NCBI GenBank assembly: GCA_028821605.1
Contig: JAPPFM010000038.1
Location: forward strand, 12,837-76,836
Source of the DNA: Candidatus Poribacteria bacterium
GTDB lineage: Bacteria > Poribacteria > WGA-4E > WGA-3G
Reading direction: 5' to 3'
DNA: 64,000 nt
The notes beneath the pieces were generated by a model. It searched no databases. It saw only the letters and a list, made by a program, of their open reading frames with translations, and was not told the origin of the DNA. A program made the position numbers and the translations under genes. Shown here one piece after another: positions 10,706-20,860 of this stretch; the first letter of the stretch is position 1; every line of letters starts with the position of its first letter.

Positions 10706-11332
10706 ATGAAGGAAAAAATAAGCAAACGTAAATCTATTTTTGGTCCATCCAAAGATGAAATTTGGACACAGATTGCCACGGATATAGATGGCGAGTTTAT
10801 TGAGGGTGGCTTCTGGGGCAAGGATGTTCTCATTTACAAACACGGTGAGTGGCAAATTCTACTTGATACTTACGTCGTTTCAGCTGGAACATCATCATAT
10901 ACAGTCACTCGGATGCGCGCACCGTTTGTAAACAAGGATGACCTCTATTTCAAAATCTCTCGCGAAGGATTTTTCAGTTCAATTGGCAAATTCTTCGGGA
11001 TGCAGGACATAGAAATTGGGGATCCGTTTTTTGATAAGCAGTTTGTCATCAAAGGCAACAATCAGGAGAAAATCAAACTGCTACTTGCCGACAGTAGGAT
11101 AAAGGAGTTATGTCAAAGCCAACCACGGATTCATCTCAGCATCAAAGATGATGAAGGTTGGTTTGGCACTGATTTTCCTGAAGGCGTTGATGAGTTGTAC
11201 TTTGAATGTGTCGGCGTTATCAAAGAAACAGAACGATTAAAGGCACTGTTCGGACTTTTCTGTCTTGTTTTACAACGTTTGGTTCAAATAGATTCAGCGT
11301 ATGAGGACGATCCTCAAGTTACACTGAAGTAG
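10706..11332 (+). CDS. hypothetical protein
   Basis: Long ORF in a coherent coding frame; no recognisable motif. Confidence 0.45.
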   Translation: MKEKISKRKSIFGPSKDEIWTQIATDIDGEFIEGGFWGKDVLIYKHGEWQILLDTYVVSAGTSSYTVTRMRAPFVNKDDLYFKISREGFFSSIGKFFGMQDIEIGDPFFDKQFVIKGNNQEKIKLLLADSRIKELCQSQPRIHLSIKDDEGWFGTDFPEGVDELYFECVGVIKETERLKALFGLFCLVLQRLVQIDSAYEDDPQVTLK

Positions 11333-11652
11333 CCCTTAGTGAAAAGGTCTGTAGACCTGATTATTCGCGTCCATATCGGTAATAGGATTGGGGTCCGAAT
11401 CCCGACTGTTTATCGCTGATTACTGACATTAGAAAAAACTTGACTTGTATTACATCTCACTATAAAATCTATTTAGAAGCCATTCGTTAATTAGAAAATC
11501 TACGGGACCCATAACCACGAGAGATGGCACTACCCTGTTCATTAGCCTTATCAACTTATCTGTTGCTTGGGAATCTACACCTCAGGCATGTTCTACAAGG
11601 AACAAACGCATCTTTGCGCACTATAGCGAAGAATACCAATAGGAGAATCACA

Positions 11653-12672
11653 ATGTTTTTTCAAAAAAATTCGTTCTCTGTAAAAATCAATCTGCTCATT
11701 ATTGTCTGCTGTGTTTTATTCACACTGTCCACCCTATCTGTGATGGCACATTCAGGCGGTGAGGTAACAAGCAAAAAAACCGAAGCACCTATCACGATTG
11801 ATGGAATGATAGATGAGGCAGAGTGGGACGCAGCATTTCAAGAATCTTCACCCTTGCAAGACATTGTTGTAGACCCACGCGATCCGAAACATAATCAAGA
11901 GTGGTATCAAATTATTCCAGGTGGCGGTGCTGGTAGCGATACCAACGATGGCGGGCTGCGTGTCAGTCGCGGCAAATTCGATGGAGACGACGATTTTCTG
12001 GCGCGCTGGGCAACGCTGTGGGATGACGATTATCTCTATTTCGCTTTCGACATCACCGACGATACCCATCACGCATACGCCAACGATCTCGCCTCTCGCG
12101 CTGGGGACATCGACGGGATATGGTTACTATTCGATACCAAGCACGATGCACCTGTATTTGAGTTTCCGCACCATGAGTTCGAGACGAAACACGTCGCTAA
12201 CAACAGCACCTATGAAGCAGACGATCATTATTGGATCTTTGCACCTGTAACGACTGAAGGTACAAGTGGAGCATGGTCACAATCGCTGAGTGCAGCGCGT
12301 GATCCAGAGTTAGGCGAACCCGCTAACGGACACGTCGCAGGTCAGAAAACAGGGAGTGGTTATGCCGCTGAGATGCGTTTGCCTTGGTCGATTTTTGAAC
12401 CATTTTTCGGTGCAGCCCTCGCCCCAACAGACGGCTTAGTCATCGGGTTTGACATCACAATCACAGACATTGACGGGGACGCTCCTGGCACGTACGCCGC
12501 ACCGCTTGGTGGCGCAGTCGCTTGGTCGAGCGATTTTGAAAACGATAACAGTCCCGGAGTACTCGGTGATCTCATGATTTCTGCTGAGGTCATCGGCAGT
12601 GTGACATCTGTGGATCCCAGAGACAAATTGTCGTCAACATGGGGTAAGATCAAACACGGTTATGACCGATAG
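11653..12672 (+). CDS. Secreted CBM9/DOMON-like carbohydrate-binding-type protein (paralog 1)
   Basis: Signal peptide then ITIDG.IDE.EWD motif typical of CBM9-like modules. Start moved to the ATG at 11653 with RBS AGGAGA. Shares the C-terminal block AWSSDFENDNSPGVLGD…TWG.IKH with the next gene. Confidence 0.6.
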   Translation: MFFQKNSFSVKINLLIIVCCVLFTLSTLSVMAHSGGEVTSKKTEAPITIDGMIDEAEWDAAFQESSPLQDIVVDPRDPKHNQEWYQIIPGGGAGSDTNDGGLRVSRGKFDGDDDFLARWATLWDDDYLYFAFDITDDTHHAYANDLASRAGDIDGIWLLFDTKHDAPVFEFPHHEFETKHVANNSTYEADDHYWIFAPVTTEGTSGAWSQSLSAARDPELGEPANGHVAGQKTGSGYAAEMRLPWSIFEPFFGAALAPTDGLVIGFDITITDIDGDAPGTYAAPLGGAVAWSSDFENDNSPGVLGDLMISAEVIGSVTSVDPRDKLSSTWGKIKHGYDR

Positions 12673-12793
12673 TTATCAGTAGATTAGCCATCAGCATTCG
12701 GCGGTTAGTGATTAGCCAAGAGGTTGGAAGGTTGCTAATAGCAAACAGCAAATTGCTAACCGTCAATAGCAAGAAAAAAGGAGGATGGACTTC

Positions 12794-13750
12794 ATGAAAT
12801 TCGCTCGCAACATTCAAAAAACGCCTTATTTGCTTGTTTCAATACTCATCTCAACCTGGCTAATTTTCCTAACCATAGATGGGTTCGCACATTCTGGTGG
12901 TGAAGCGATCAGCGCACCGAGAAGAGGGGACATCACCATTGATGGCGATCTTGTAGAATGGGATATCGTGAGAACGCTTGCACAAGAGATTACTACAAAA
13001 CCTCAAGGTTGGTATCAAATTGTCGCAGGCGGCGGTGCAGGTCGCAACACAAATAAAGGTGGACAGCGCGTGAGCCGCGGACAGATTGATGGTGATGACG
13101 ATCTCGAAGTCACGTGGATGACCATGTGGGACGATGACAATCTCTATTTCGCCTTTGAAGTCGTTGATGACGACATCAACGAATTGGAGCCACCTTTTGC
13201 GTCGCGAGACGGCAGGAATTTTGAGGGATACTGGCTCTGTTTCGACACGAAGCACGATGCCCCGACCAAAAAATTCGGAAATAAGAAATTTGACACCGCT
13301 GCTGTCGCCGCAATTAGCACTTATGAACCGGATGATACCTTTTGGGAGATTGCGCCCTTAACCACACGTGGAGCCGGTGCAGCGTTTCAGAGAGATGGTC
13401 AAGTCGAAGATCCAGAACTCAACAGCCCAGCAAAAGGGCATATCATGGCGAAAAATGATGGCGGCAGCTACACTTTTGAGATCCGCATGCCCTGGAAAAT
13501 CTTCGATGCTTATTACGGAAAACGTATCAAACCCGAAGACGGCGATGTCATCGGATTTGACATCACGGTGATGGATGTTGATCCAGTCTACGATCCACCA
13601 CAGGGCGGTGCTATGGCGTGGTCGAGTGATTTTGAAAATGATAATAGCCCAGGTGTGTTAGGTGATATAATTTTCAGCACAACCGCCGCTGTCAATCCGA
13701 GCGGCAAACTCTCTGTGACCTGGGGTCAAATCAAGCACGCACACCAATAG
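12794..13750 (+). CDS. Secreted CBM9/DOMON-like protein (paralog 2)
   Basis: Same architecture and conserved blocks as 11653..12672. Start chosen at ATG 12794 (GGAGG 9 nt upstream) rather than 12785. Confidence 0.6.
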   Translation: MKFARNIQKTPYLLVSILISTWLIFLTIDGFAHSGGEAISAPRRGDITIDGDLVEWDIVRTLAQEITTKPQGWYQIVAGGGAGRNTNKGGQRVSRGQIDGDDDLEVTWMTMWDDDNLYFAFEVVDDDINELEPPFASRDGRNFEGYWLCFDTKHDAPTKKFGNKKFDTAAVAAISTYEPDDTFWEIAPLTTRGAGAAFQRDGQVEDPELNSPAKGHIMAKNDGGSYTFEIRMPWKIFDAYYGKRIKPEDGDVIGFDITVMDVDPVYDPPQGGAMAWSSDFENDNSPGVLGDIIFSTTAAVNPSGKLSVTWGQIKHAHQ

Positions 13751-13862
13751 CTGATAGTCAAAAAACCGAGGCAGTCTGGTTCATAGTCGCGCAATTCATT
13801 GCGTCTTGCGTAAGTCCTGTGTATTATTAAAGATTAAGGTGGATGATACGACACGTGTTACA

Positions 13863-14777
13863 CTACGGCTTCAAATGTTTTTCAAGGAACGCCTTCGTCA
13901 ATTCTGGCACCTTTGGATCCCTAAACCAGCCGTGCCCGCCTCCTTCCACCTTATAGAACGTAACCGGTACACCCGCCTTCTCTAAGGCATCCTTCAACAA
14001 CACACTCTGCTGATACGGAACAAGTTTGTCTTGATCTCCGTGAATAATCAGAAAAGGCGAATCATCGTCAGAGACGTAGGTGATTGGATTCGCTTTCGCC
14101 ACGCGATCTTTATGTTCTTGAATCGGTCCGCCGACCAATTTCGACTCTGGCGAGTCAGGAGCATCGTGCACCAACCCATCAGGAAGGCGGTGTGTATCCA
14201 TCTGCAGGAAGTCTGTGGGACCATAGTAATCGACAATGGCTTGGACTCGACTGGATACTTCTAAGTTTTCTCCTACCTCAAATTCATTCACATCGCCTGT
14301 TGTACCGAGCATGGCAACCAAGTGTCCACCGGCGGAGGAACCCCACGCCGCAAAGCGGTTTGGATCTAAACGATAGGTGTCTGCATTCGCGCGCAGCCAC
14401 CGCACAGCGGCTTTTACATCCTTAATCTGGGCAGGAAAAATGGCGTGCTGGCTCAAGCGGTAGTTGATACTCGCACCTGCATAGCCTGACTTGAGATATC
14501 CCCTCGGATTGTAATGTGCCTTGTCTCCACCCAGCCAAGCCCCGCCATGTATCCAGATAATAAGTGGAAGATTTTCCCCTTCATCCGGGATATAGAGATC
14601 AAGTTTCTGCCGTTCATGTCCATCCGCAACATAAGCGATGTCTCGATACACTGTTACGCCTTCGGGAGCTTTCATAGACTCAGCAGCACGTCGCCGTTGT
14701 CCCAGAACCAAGGTTGCAGCTACAAGAAACAGCATTAAAACAAACACGACTATCATCTGCATCATCGGCTTTTTCAT
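13863..14777 (-). CDS. Secreted alpha/beta-hydrolase (esterase/lipase family)
   Basis: HGGAW oxyanion motif; GSSAGG nucleophile elbow; signal peptide. Confidence 0.85.
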   Translation of the reverse strand: MKKPMMQMIVVFVLMLFLVAATLVLGQRRRAAESMKAPEGVTVYRDIAYVADGHERQKLDLYIPDEGENLPLIIWIHGGAWLGGDKAHYNPRGYLKSGYAGASINYRLSQHAIFPAQIKDVKAAVRWLRANADTYRLDPNRFAAWGSSAGGHLVAMLGTTGDVNEFEVGENLEVSSRVQAIVDYYGPTDFLQMDTHRLPDGLVHDAPDSPESKLVGGPIQEHKDRVAKANPITYVSDDDSPFLIIHGDQDKLVPYQQSVLLKDALEKAGVPVTFYKVEGGGHGWFRDPKVPELTKAFLEKHLKP

Positions 14778-14806
14778 CGACGTTCCCCTCCGTACCAGTG
14801 GTGCGC

Positions 14807-15319
14807 CTACATTTGGGTTTCAAGGAGCGCGATGCTTTGCGTGTCCAGCTTATTGTAGTTCTCAATTTCATAGCGGTTTCCATCTGCATCCTTAATCAGA
14901 ACGCGTCCGTTTCCAAGCGTGACAATATCGTACCGACTCCGCAAACTGAACTGCACATCCCCTTGTGAAGTTTCAACCATCCACTGTGTAATTCCAAACT
15001 GCCCTTCAAGCGCGTTGATTTTGATAATCTTCGGCATAAAGTAGCGTCTCTGTAACTCCTCAACGAGAATCTTGCGGGACTCGTGTGGCAGATGCTTTAT
15101 ATCCTCAATAATGCCGATCTCCTTAGATTCTTCGTCCATTAGCGCAATATATCGGCTGGTTTCACTTACAGGAAAAGCGTAGACCGGTTCGACCCTCTTC
15201 CGAATCGACCCATCTGGAAGTTGGACAACCAATTCTTCAAACGCGTTCCGCTCAAGCCTAACACCGCTTGCATCAAGGAACCTTAATCCATCAGTGACCT
15301 TAATCGCTTCCTTCATCAA
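14807..15319 (-). CDS. Conserved hypothetical protein of the kind found next to ABC exporters (DUF1854-like)
   Basis: 170-aa soluble protein immediately downstream of, and co-oriented with, the ABC exporter; family name from memory only. Confidence 0.45.
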   Translation of the reverse strand: MMKEAIKVTDGLRFLDASGVRLERNAFEELVVQLPDGSIRKRVEPVYAFPVSETSRYIALMDEESKEIGIIEDIKHLPHESRKILVEELQRRYFMPKIIKINALEGQFGITQWMVETSQGDVQFSLRSRYDIVTLGNGRVLIKDADGNRYEIENYNKLDTQSIALLETQM

Positions 15320-15342
15320 TATACCCTCCTTTTAGACTCAGA

Positions 15343-17814
15343 TTACCATGCGCGAATTTTTGACAATTCAGTCTGCTTCTCACACAAACCAGCGTACGTG
15401 CCGCCTTTGGCAATCAGTTCTTCATGCGTCCCAATTTCATCAACCGCGCCCTCTCTCAGCACAACAAGCCGGTTGGCGTACTTAAGCGTTGACAACCTGT
15501 GCGCAATGGCGAATACTGTTCTGCCTTGGATGAGCCGTTCCAACGCCTCTTGGATCTTCGACTCTGTTTCAGTATCAACGGAGGAAGTCGCTTCATCCAA
15601 GATAAGGATGCGCGGATTTTTTAAAATCGCTCGTGCAATAGAAATACGCTGCCGCTCACCACCAGAAACCCGTGCTCCTCTTTCCCCTACCGTTGTATCG
15701 TAACCATCAGGGAATTTCATGATAAAATCGTGGGCATTTGCTGCCATCCCAGCAGCAATAATCTCCATCCGAGATGCCCCCGGCTTTGAGTAACCGATAT
15801 TCTCTGCTATCGTGCCTTGGAACAAGAACGGATCTTGTAAGACCACGCCGATCTGTTGCCGTAACGCCTTAACCTGAATATCGCGACTGTCGTAACCATC
15901 AATCATTATTGCCCCATCATTCGGGTCGTAGAAACGGGTAATCAGGTTGATGAGTGTGCTTTTTCCCGCACCGCTGTGCCCAACCAACCCTATCATTTCA
16001 CCGGGCTCCACTGTAAAATTAACACCATTGAGCGCGTTTTTTTCGCCATCGTAAGAAAAATAGACATCCCTAAATTCAACAGCACCACGGATATTTCTAA
16101 GGGTTACTGCATCGTTTTTATCAGCAACGCTCGGGGGTGTATCCATAATTTCAAATACACGCTCGGCGGAGGTGCCTGCTCGGATAAACCGCTCGTTCAT
16201 CTGACAGAGAGTAGATACAGGTGAAAAAAACTGCATCATATAGCTTTGGAACATAAATAACGTGCCAAGGGTTATATCGTTTTGGAAAATCTGCCATCCC
16301 CCGACTAACCAAATCAAAATAGAACCGGAATAGGTGATAAACTCCATAATCGGACGGTAAAGGCTTCCAAGTTTCGCCGCGTTCATCTCACCCGTAAATA
16401 CCTGATAGGTCGAATCGTTAAACCGGCTTATCTCGTAGCGTTCGCGGGCAAATGCCTTGACAACGCGGACCCCTGGAATCGTACTCGCGAGAATCGTGCT
16501 AATGTTCGCATAACGTTTCCATAAAACATGGTACACCTTGCTCATTTTTTTCCCGAAAAAGATCGTGAAAAAGATAAGACACGGAATAGGTATCAGCGTC
16601 CAAAGCGCAAGTTGCCAGTTAAAAGAAAACATGATTATACACATAAAGATGATTGTGAGAGAATCACCAATAATATCTTGTATCCCACTCGCGATGAAAT
16701 CCCGGAGTCGTGATACATCGTGCGTGATCCTCGACATCAAGTTTCCGGTATCTCGTTCATGGAAAAAATCAATAGAGAGCGCGTTTAAATGTTCATAGGT
16801 CTCGTTCTGAAGCCGTCTCGTGATATTCTGACCCACCCATGCCATCATATATCCGCGCACAGATGAAGTTACCAGAGTAAAAACCCTAACCCCTACCATG
16901 AGTAGAATAAGCCCAATGAGATGCCCAAAGGTACCGGCAGCCGGTATGTTTTCAAACCACCCGCCCAAAAAATTGACGGTCCCTTGGAGGTGCCCCCACG
17001 TCGTTTCGGGAAGAGGCTGTCCCGAACTAACAGCAGTTTCGACCGGTTTCAAAATAGTGTCAACCAATTCTTTACCGAGGATCGGCGGATAGACCCCAAC
17101 AAACCGGATGAGCATCATCAGCAGAAATGCAGGCACAACGACATACAAAAGCGGAACGGCGTACTTCATGAGTCGAAAGATGAGTTTTCCACTCTGGACG
17201 CAATTGACACAGACATCTGACCAACTCGGAATAGGTTGACCGCACTTCTCACAGCGTCCCTTCGCTTCAGAGGACATTCCACCTGGACCCCGTCCACGTC
17301 TACCGCGTCCATGTTCACCAAGGGGTCTACCGTCTGAATTCGCTCCCGTTTGTGAAACCAACCCTTCCAGTTCCGAGACAGCACGAGTGAATTTTGGGGT
17401 TAACCTTTTTGAGTAGCGCGATAGTTCAAAAGCGTTGTCCGCAGTACTCACTTTGAGAATATTATTCCCGTACATCTCCAGAATTTCGACATCTTTGACG
17501 GATGAGAGCGGCACCTCGCGCAGGTCGTGCCCGATAACACCATTCTGATTGAAAACAATGAGCCGTCTATTCGTAATTAACAGCCAATCCTTACCATAAG
17601 TCCCATCAAAACGCAGATCCGTCGAAACAGAAATCTTGATATCTTCGCCCGTTTCAAGCAGTGATTCTGCCTGCTCTTTCAGGAGTTCAGGTACATCTTC
17701 CGTTGTCGACAACGGTTCATGGTCTAACTTTCGGAAGCGTGGCTTTCCACCATAATGATGCATCCGTCGCCGAGATGACCTTCCCCTGTCGAAACCTCGC
17801 ATCGAGTCGCGCAT
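15343..17814 (-). CDS. ABC exporter (fused TMD-NBD) with N-terminal bacterial PH-like domain and CxxC…CxxC zinc ribbon
   Basis: Walker A GHSGAGKST, signature LSGGERQRISIARA, Walker B ILILDEATS. Six-TM exporter core. N-terminal ~200 aa contain a YdbT-like PH block (WLLITNRRLIVF…) and CEKCGQ…CVNC. Confidence 0.9.
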   Translation of the reverse strand: MRDSMRGFDRGRSSRRRMHHYGGKPRFRKLDHEPLSTTEDVPELLKEQAESLLETGEDIKISVSTDLRFDGTYGKDWLLITNRRLIVFNQNGVIGHDLREVPLSSVKDVEILEMYGNNILKVSTADNAFELSRYSKRLTPKFTRAVSELEGLVSQTGANSDGRPLGEHGRGRRGRGPGGMSSEAKGRCEKCGQPIPSWSDVCVNCVQSGKLIFRLMKYAVPLLYVVVPAFLLMMLIRFVGVYPPILGKELVDTILKPVETAVSSGQPLPETTWGHLQGTVNFLGGWFENIPAAGTFGHLIGLILLMVGVRVFTLVTSSVRGYMMAWVGQNITRRLQNETYEHLNALSIDFFHERDTGNLMSRITHDVSRLRDFIASGIQDIIGDSLTIIFMCIIMFSFNWQLALWTLIPIPCLIFFTIFFGKKMSKVYHVLWKRYANISTILASTIPGVRVVKAFARERYEISRFNDSTYQVFTGEMNAAKLGSLYRPIMEFITYSGSILIWLVGGWQIFQNDITLGTLFMFQSYMMQFFSPVSTLCQMNERFIRAGTSAERVFEIMDTPPSVADKNDAVTLRNIRGAVEFRDVYFSYDGEKNALNGVNFTVEPGEMIGLVGHSGAGKSTLINLITRFYDPNDGAIMIDGYDSRDIQVKALRQQIGVVLQDPFLFQGTIAENIGYSKPGASRMEIIAAGMAANAHDFIMKFPDGYDTTVGERGARVSGGERQRISIARAILKNPRILILDEATSSVDTETESKIQEALERLIQGRTVFAIAHRLSTLKYANRLVVLREGAVDEIGTHEELIAKGGTYAGLCEKQTELSKIRAW

Positions 17815-17854
17815 AAATCAATCCTCCACACATTAAACGTGTCGTTTCTATAAC

Positions 17855-18160
17855 CTAAGTTTCGGATGGTTTTGTGTCTTCGGCAATCATCACACCAAGT
17901 TCAGTTCTCAAGTTCTGAATTTGAGAAATTTTTTCCGATATCTTATCGAACATCTCCTGCTTAGACTTGATGCCTTCACTGATGAGAAACGCCGTCGCTT
18001 CAGAGCGACTATTAAATTGCCCAGATTCCACAAGTTCATCAATCCGAGTGAGATCTCCTTCGTCTACTCTAACCATCACGACATTATCCCTTCTGTGCTC
18101 GCCTCTCCGGTGTCTTCCACGGTGCTTTTTTCTTCCGTGTTTCGCATCAAATTCTGACAT
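17855..18160 (-). CDS. Small ribbon-helix-helix-like DNA-binding protein
   Basis: Basic N-terminus followed by a CopG/Arc-like segment (DLTRIDELVESGQFNSRSEATAFLISEGI); first gene of the minus-strand RHH-ABC-DUF1854-esterase string. Confidence 0.45.
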   Translation of the reverse strand: MSEFDAKHGRKKHRGRHRRGEHRRDNVVMVRVDEGDLTRIDELVESGQFNSRSEATAFLISEGIKSKQEMFDKISEKISQIQNLRTELGVMIAEDTKPSET

Positions 18161-18611
18161 TGAAAAATCTCCTTTCCGTTAAATACACATAATTTAATTA
18201 CATGTAATTATTATACACCCTTATATATCAGCTTGTCAAATTAAATTTTAGTTTGCGGTTTCCCTACCGCCCCCGAACTTAGCCAAAAACTTTGTATCCT
18301 TAGTCCTCTCTTGAGCCCCGTAGAGGGTTTTTGCTTGGGTATTTCTTCAGTATCTGTGTAGAATGAAAACGCAGAAAACTAAAAACTATAGCAAAACTCG
18401 AAAATATGTAGACTGCTGTTCAATGAACCAACTCTAATACCGCTGGTGAGGATTGTATCCTCGCCCACCGCCATCAAGTAATCTTGGATTTTACAATAAA
18501 TAGTCCTACCCTATACGATTAGAAAATTGACATTCGACGTAATTTAGGTTACAATAGTTTGCATAAGTATGTCGGCAAGAACAATATAGTGAAATAAGAG
18601 GACTTCCTTAG

Positions 18612-18866
18612 ATGACTACAATGAAATGCGGTAGGTGCGGCTCTGAGAAGATTATGTCCAACTTACGAATTCGGGATCGCTACGATGCAGGCGTAGGACA
18701 AGACTTAGAAGTCGAAGTACAGGCTAACCCTGATGCGTTGATTTTCAAGCAGGCGCACAGAGTAGCGTTGAGAGCAACCGTTTGTGGCGAATGTGGCAAC
18801 GTTGGTCTCTCTGCCGAGAATCCACAGACATTATGGAAAGCCTATACGAAAAAAAAAGACTCGTAG
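18612..18866 (+). CDS. Small zinc-ribbon protein
   Basis: Two CxxC pairs (CGRCG…CGEC). Confidence 0.45.
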   Translation: MTTMKCGRCGSEKIMSNLRIRDRYDAGVGQDLEVEVQANPDALIFKQAHRVALRATVCGECGNVGLSAENPQTLWKAYTKKKDS

Positions 18867-18957
18867 AACTCACGCCTACACCAGTTCGACAATTGACGTT
18901 TCAGCACAGTTAAAAATCGTGCCCACCAATAAATTTCTACACCTTTAGGGAGAAGCG

Positions 18958-20451
18958 ATGGAATCAACCGAATCGCACTTCAAACGTTTTATTTTTATCT
19001 TAATTGACGGGGCACCATACGAAATTTTTAAAGCACTAATTGAAAACGGTGACCTACCCAACATCAAAAAATATGTAGTAGATAACGGTAGTTTGAACAA
19101 AGCGGTCTCAGTTTTCCCGTCAACAACGGGACCCGCTTTTATCCCATTTTTTATGGGACTGTATCCGGGCACAGCAAACATTCCCGGCATCCGATGGCTG
19201 TCTAAATCAAAATTTCATACGCCATATCGCTTCAAACGTCCCGGTGTCTGCAGCTACATGGGGTTTGATGGGTTGCGCTTTGAAGCCGATTTACCCTCAG
19301 GTTTCCCCACCCTATTTAACTTCTTCTCACCCGTAAGCAATATCTACAATCTACTCGCCCGTGGGTGTCCGCGTGCTAAAAATCTGACGCGCTGGATCAA
19401 ACCCTTTGTCTATACTTACGCCCACTTTTCGCACCGATGGCGATTCGTCAACCGAATTGCGATCCGTCAGTTACACAAAGCGATTGAAGCAGGCGATAAG
19501 TTTGTGATGTGTCTTTTTCCCGCAGTCGATACCTTTTCACACCTCTCAGACATACAATCTCCACAAGTCCTTCAGACCTATCGAGAGATAGACACCGCAA
19601 TTGGAGATCTCGTCCATACTTTGCAAAAGACGAATACCCTCCAAGAAACACTCATCCTGATTACCAGCGACCACGGGATGACCGACACACATACGCATAT
19701 TGATGTCCCTCAGCATTTAGACAATGGCGGTTGGCGATGTCTGCACTATCCAAAAATTTGGAGACAAGGCACCGTATCCGCCAGCATGGTATCCGGAAAC
19801 GGGATGACGCATCTCTATTTTAAAAATAGTGGGAAAGGAAAAGGGTGGGGAGAACGCGCCCCTTTCGAGCAGCTCTGCCAAATGGGTGTCGTTAGTTCAC
19901 TGATTGAACTGGAAGGATTAGGACTCGTTGCGGGACAGAGCGAAATAGGGGATATCATTGTTCAAAGCCGAGACGGACAGGGGAAAATCTCTTGTCACTT
20001 ACAAGAGACAAATCACGAAAATCCACAAGGTGTGCCAACGGCTTTTAAATGTGCAGACGCGCTGCGCTTTTCTTACCAGTTTACTGGAACAGATCCCCTC
20101 GGATACGGCGTTCACTACAAAAATCTGTCCTCACGGGACGCACTCCGTGAGACCTACGACAGTCCGTATCCAGATGGAATTGTTCAATTGTGGCAGATCT
20201 TCAAAAGCGAACGAACCGGTGATCTTGTCCTAAGTGCCGAGAACGGTTATGACCTACGCGCCCGTTACGAAGTTCCAGAACATCATGCAACCCACGGTGC
20301 CTTAATTGCGGAGCATCTGCATATCCCGCTTGCGACGAATTACCCGATCGTTGAGCAATGTATCCGATCCGTTGATATTTTTCCAACAGCGCTAAACCTA
20401 TGTGGACACAAGGTCGCGTTGCATCACATTGATGGTAGGATTGTCGAGTGA
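18958..20451 (+). CDS. Alkaline-phosphatase-superfamily nucleotide pyrophosphatase/phosphodiesterase (type I phosphodiesterase family)
   Basis: ILIDGAPYE…FPSTTGPAFIPFFMGLYPG metal-site block and ITSDHGM motif. Confidence 0.75.
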   Translation: MESTESHFKRFIFILIDGAPYEIFKALIENGDLPNIKKYVVDNGSLNKAVSVFPSTTGPAFIPFFMGLYPGTANIPGIRWLSKSKFHTPYRFKRPGVCSYMGFDGLRFEADLPSGFPTLFNFFSPVSNIYNLLARGCPRAKNLTRWIKPFVYTYAHFSHRWRFVNRIAIRQLHKAIEAGDKFVMCLFPAVDTFSHLSDIQSPQVLQTYREIDTAIGDLVHTLQKTNTLQETLILITSDHGMTDTHTHIDVPQHLDNGGWRCLHYPKIWRQGTVSASMVSGNGMTHLYFKNSGKGKGWGERAPFEQLCQMGVVSSLIELEGLGLVAGQSEIGDIIVQSRDGQGKISCHLQETNHENPQGVPTAFKCADALRFSYQFTGTDPLGYGVHYKNLSSRDALRETYDSPYPDGIVQLWQIFKSERTGDLVLSAENGYDLRARYEVPEHHATHGALIAEHLHIPLATNYPIVEQCIRSVDIFPTALNLCGHKVALHHIDGRIVE

Positions 20452-20715
20452 ACCGAGATTGTGCAACGTAGATATCGATCCTCTTTTGTAAGAGCAACCT
20501 TTGTTCGTGATTTCGATTTCTGTTGCCAGTTGCGAGTTTGGATGAAGTTTAATTATCTAAATCGGTAATTCTAATCCATCCCCCAGACCCGGTAGGTGCG
20601 GTTTGCAACCGCACCGGACTTCGCCAAGAAATTACCGAATCAATTTTTTAATCCCCATGAAACTTCGCCAACTACAACTTCCTACTTTAGGCTCAACCCA
20701 CTCTCTTCAAAATTA

Positions 20716-20743
20716 TGCACCTTTTTTTCTCCAGTTCGCGTCA
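20716..20743 (+). promoter_or_regulatory. Candidate ECF-type promoter (TGCACC-N16-GCGTCA) upstream of ECF sigma paralog 1
   Basis: Same motif and spacing recur upstream of the other two ECF genes (22184..22210, 39875..39903); the -10 carries an ECF-typical CGTC core. Confidence 0.45.
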
Positions 20744-20860
20744 CTAAATACAGCAAAGTGAACGGAGAGGTGTCTCTTCACATTTCGTAAGGGTGTGTCT
20801 CGCGAAACTTGAAAACTGTATAGGTCCATTCGGTGAAAATAGTCTTTCTGGAGATGTTTG

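Noticed and set aside
11395-11432. T-arm-like sequence ggggtccgaatccc suggesting a tRNA or tmRNA
   Set aside because: No matching acceptor, D or anticodon arms could be folded around it.
20858-20860. TTG start for the first ECF gene as given by the ORF track
   Set aside because: The adjacent in-frame ATG (20861) gives an N-terminus (MRSDDV…) identical to the paralog and sits at proper RBS spacing.
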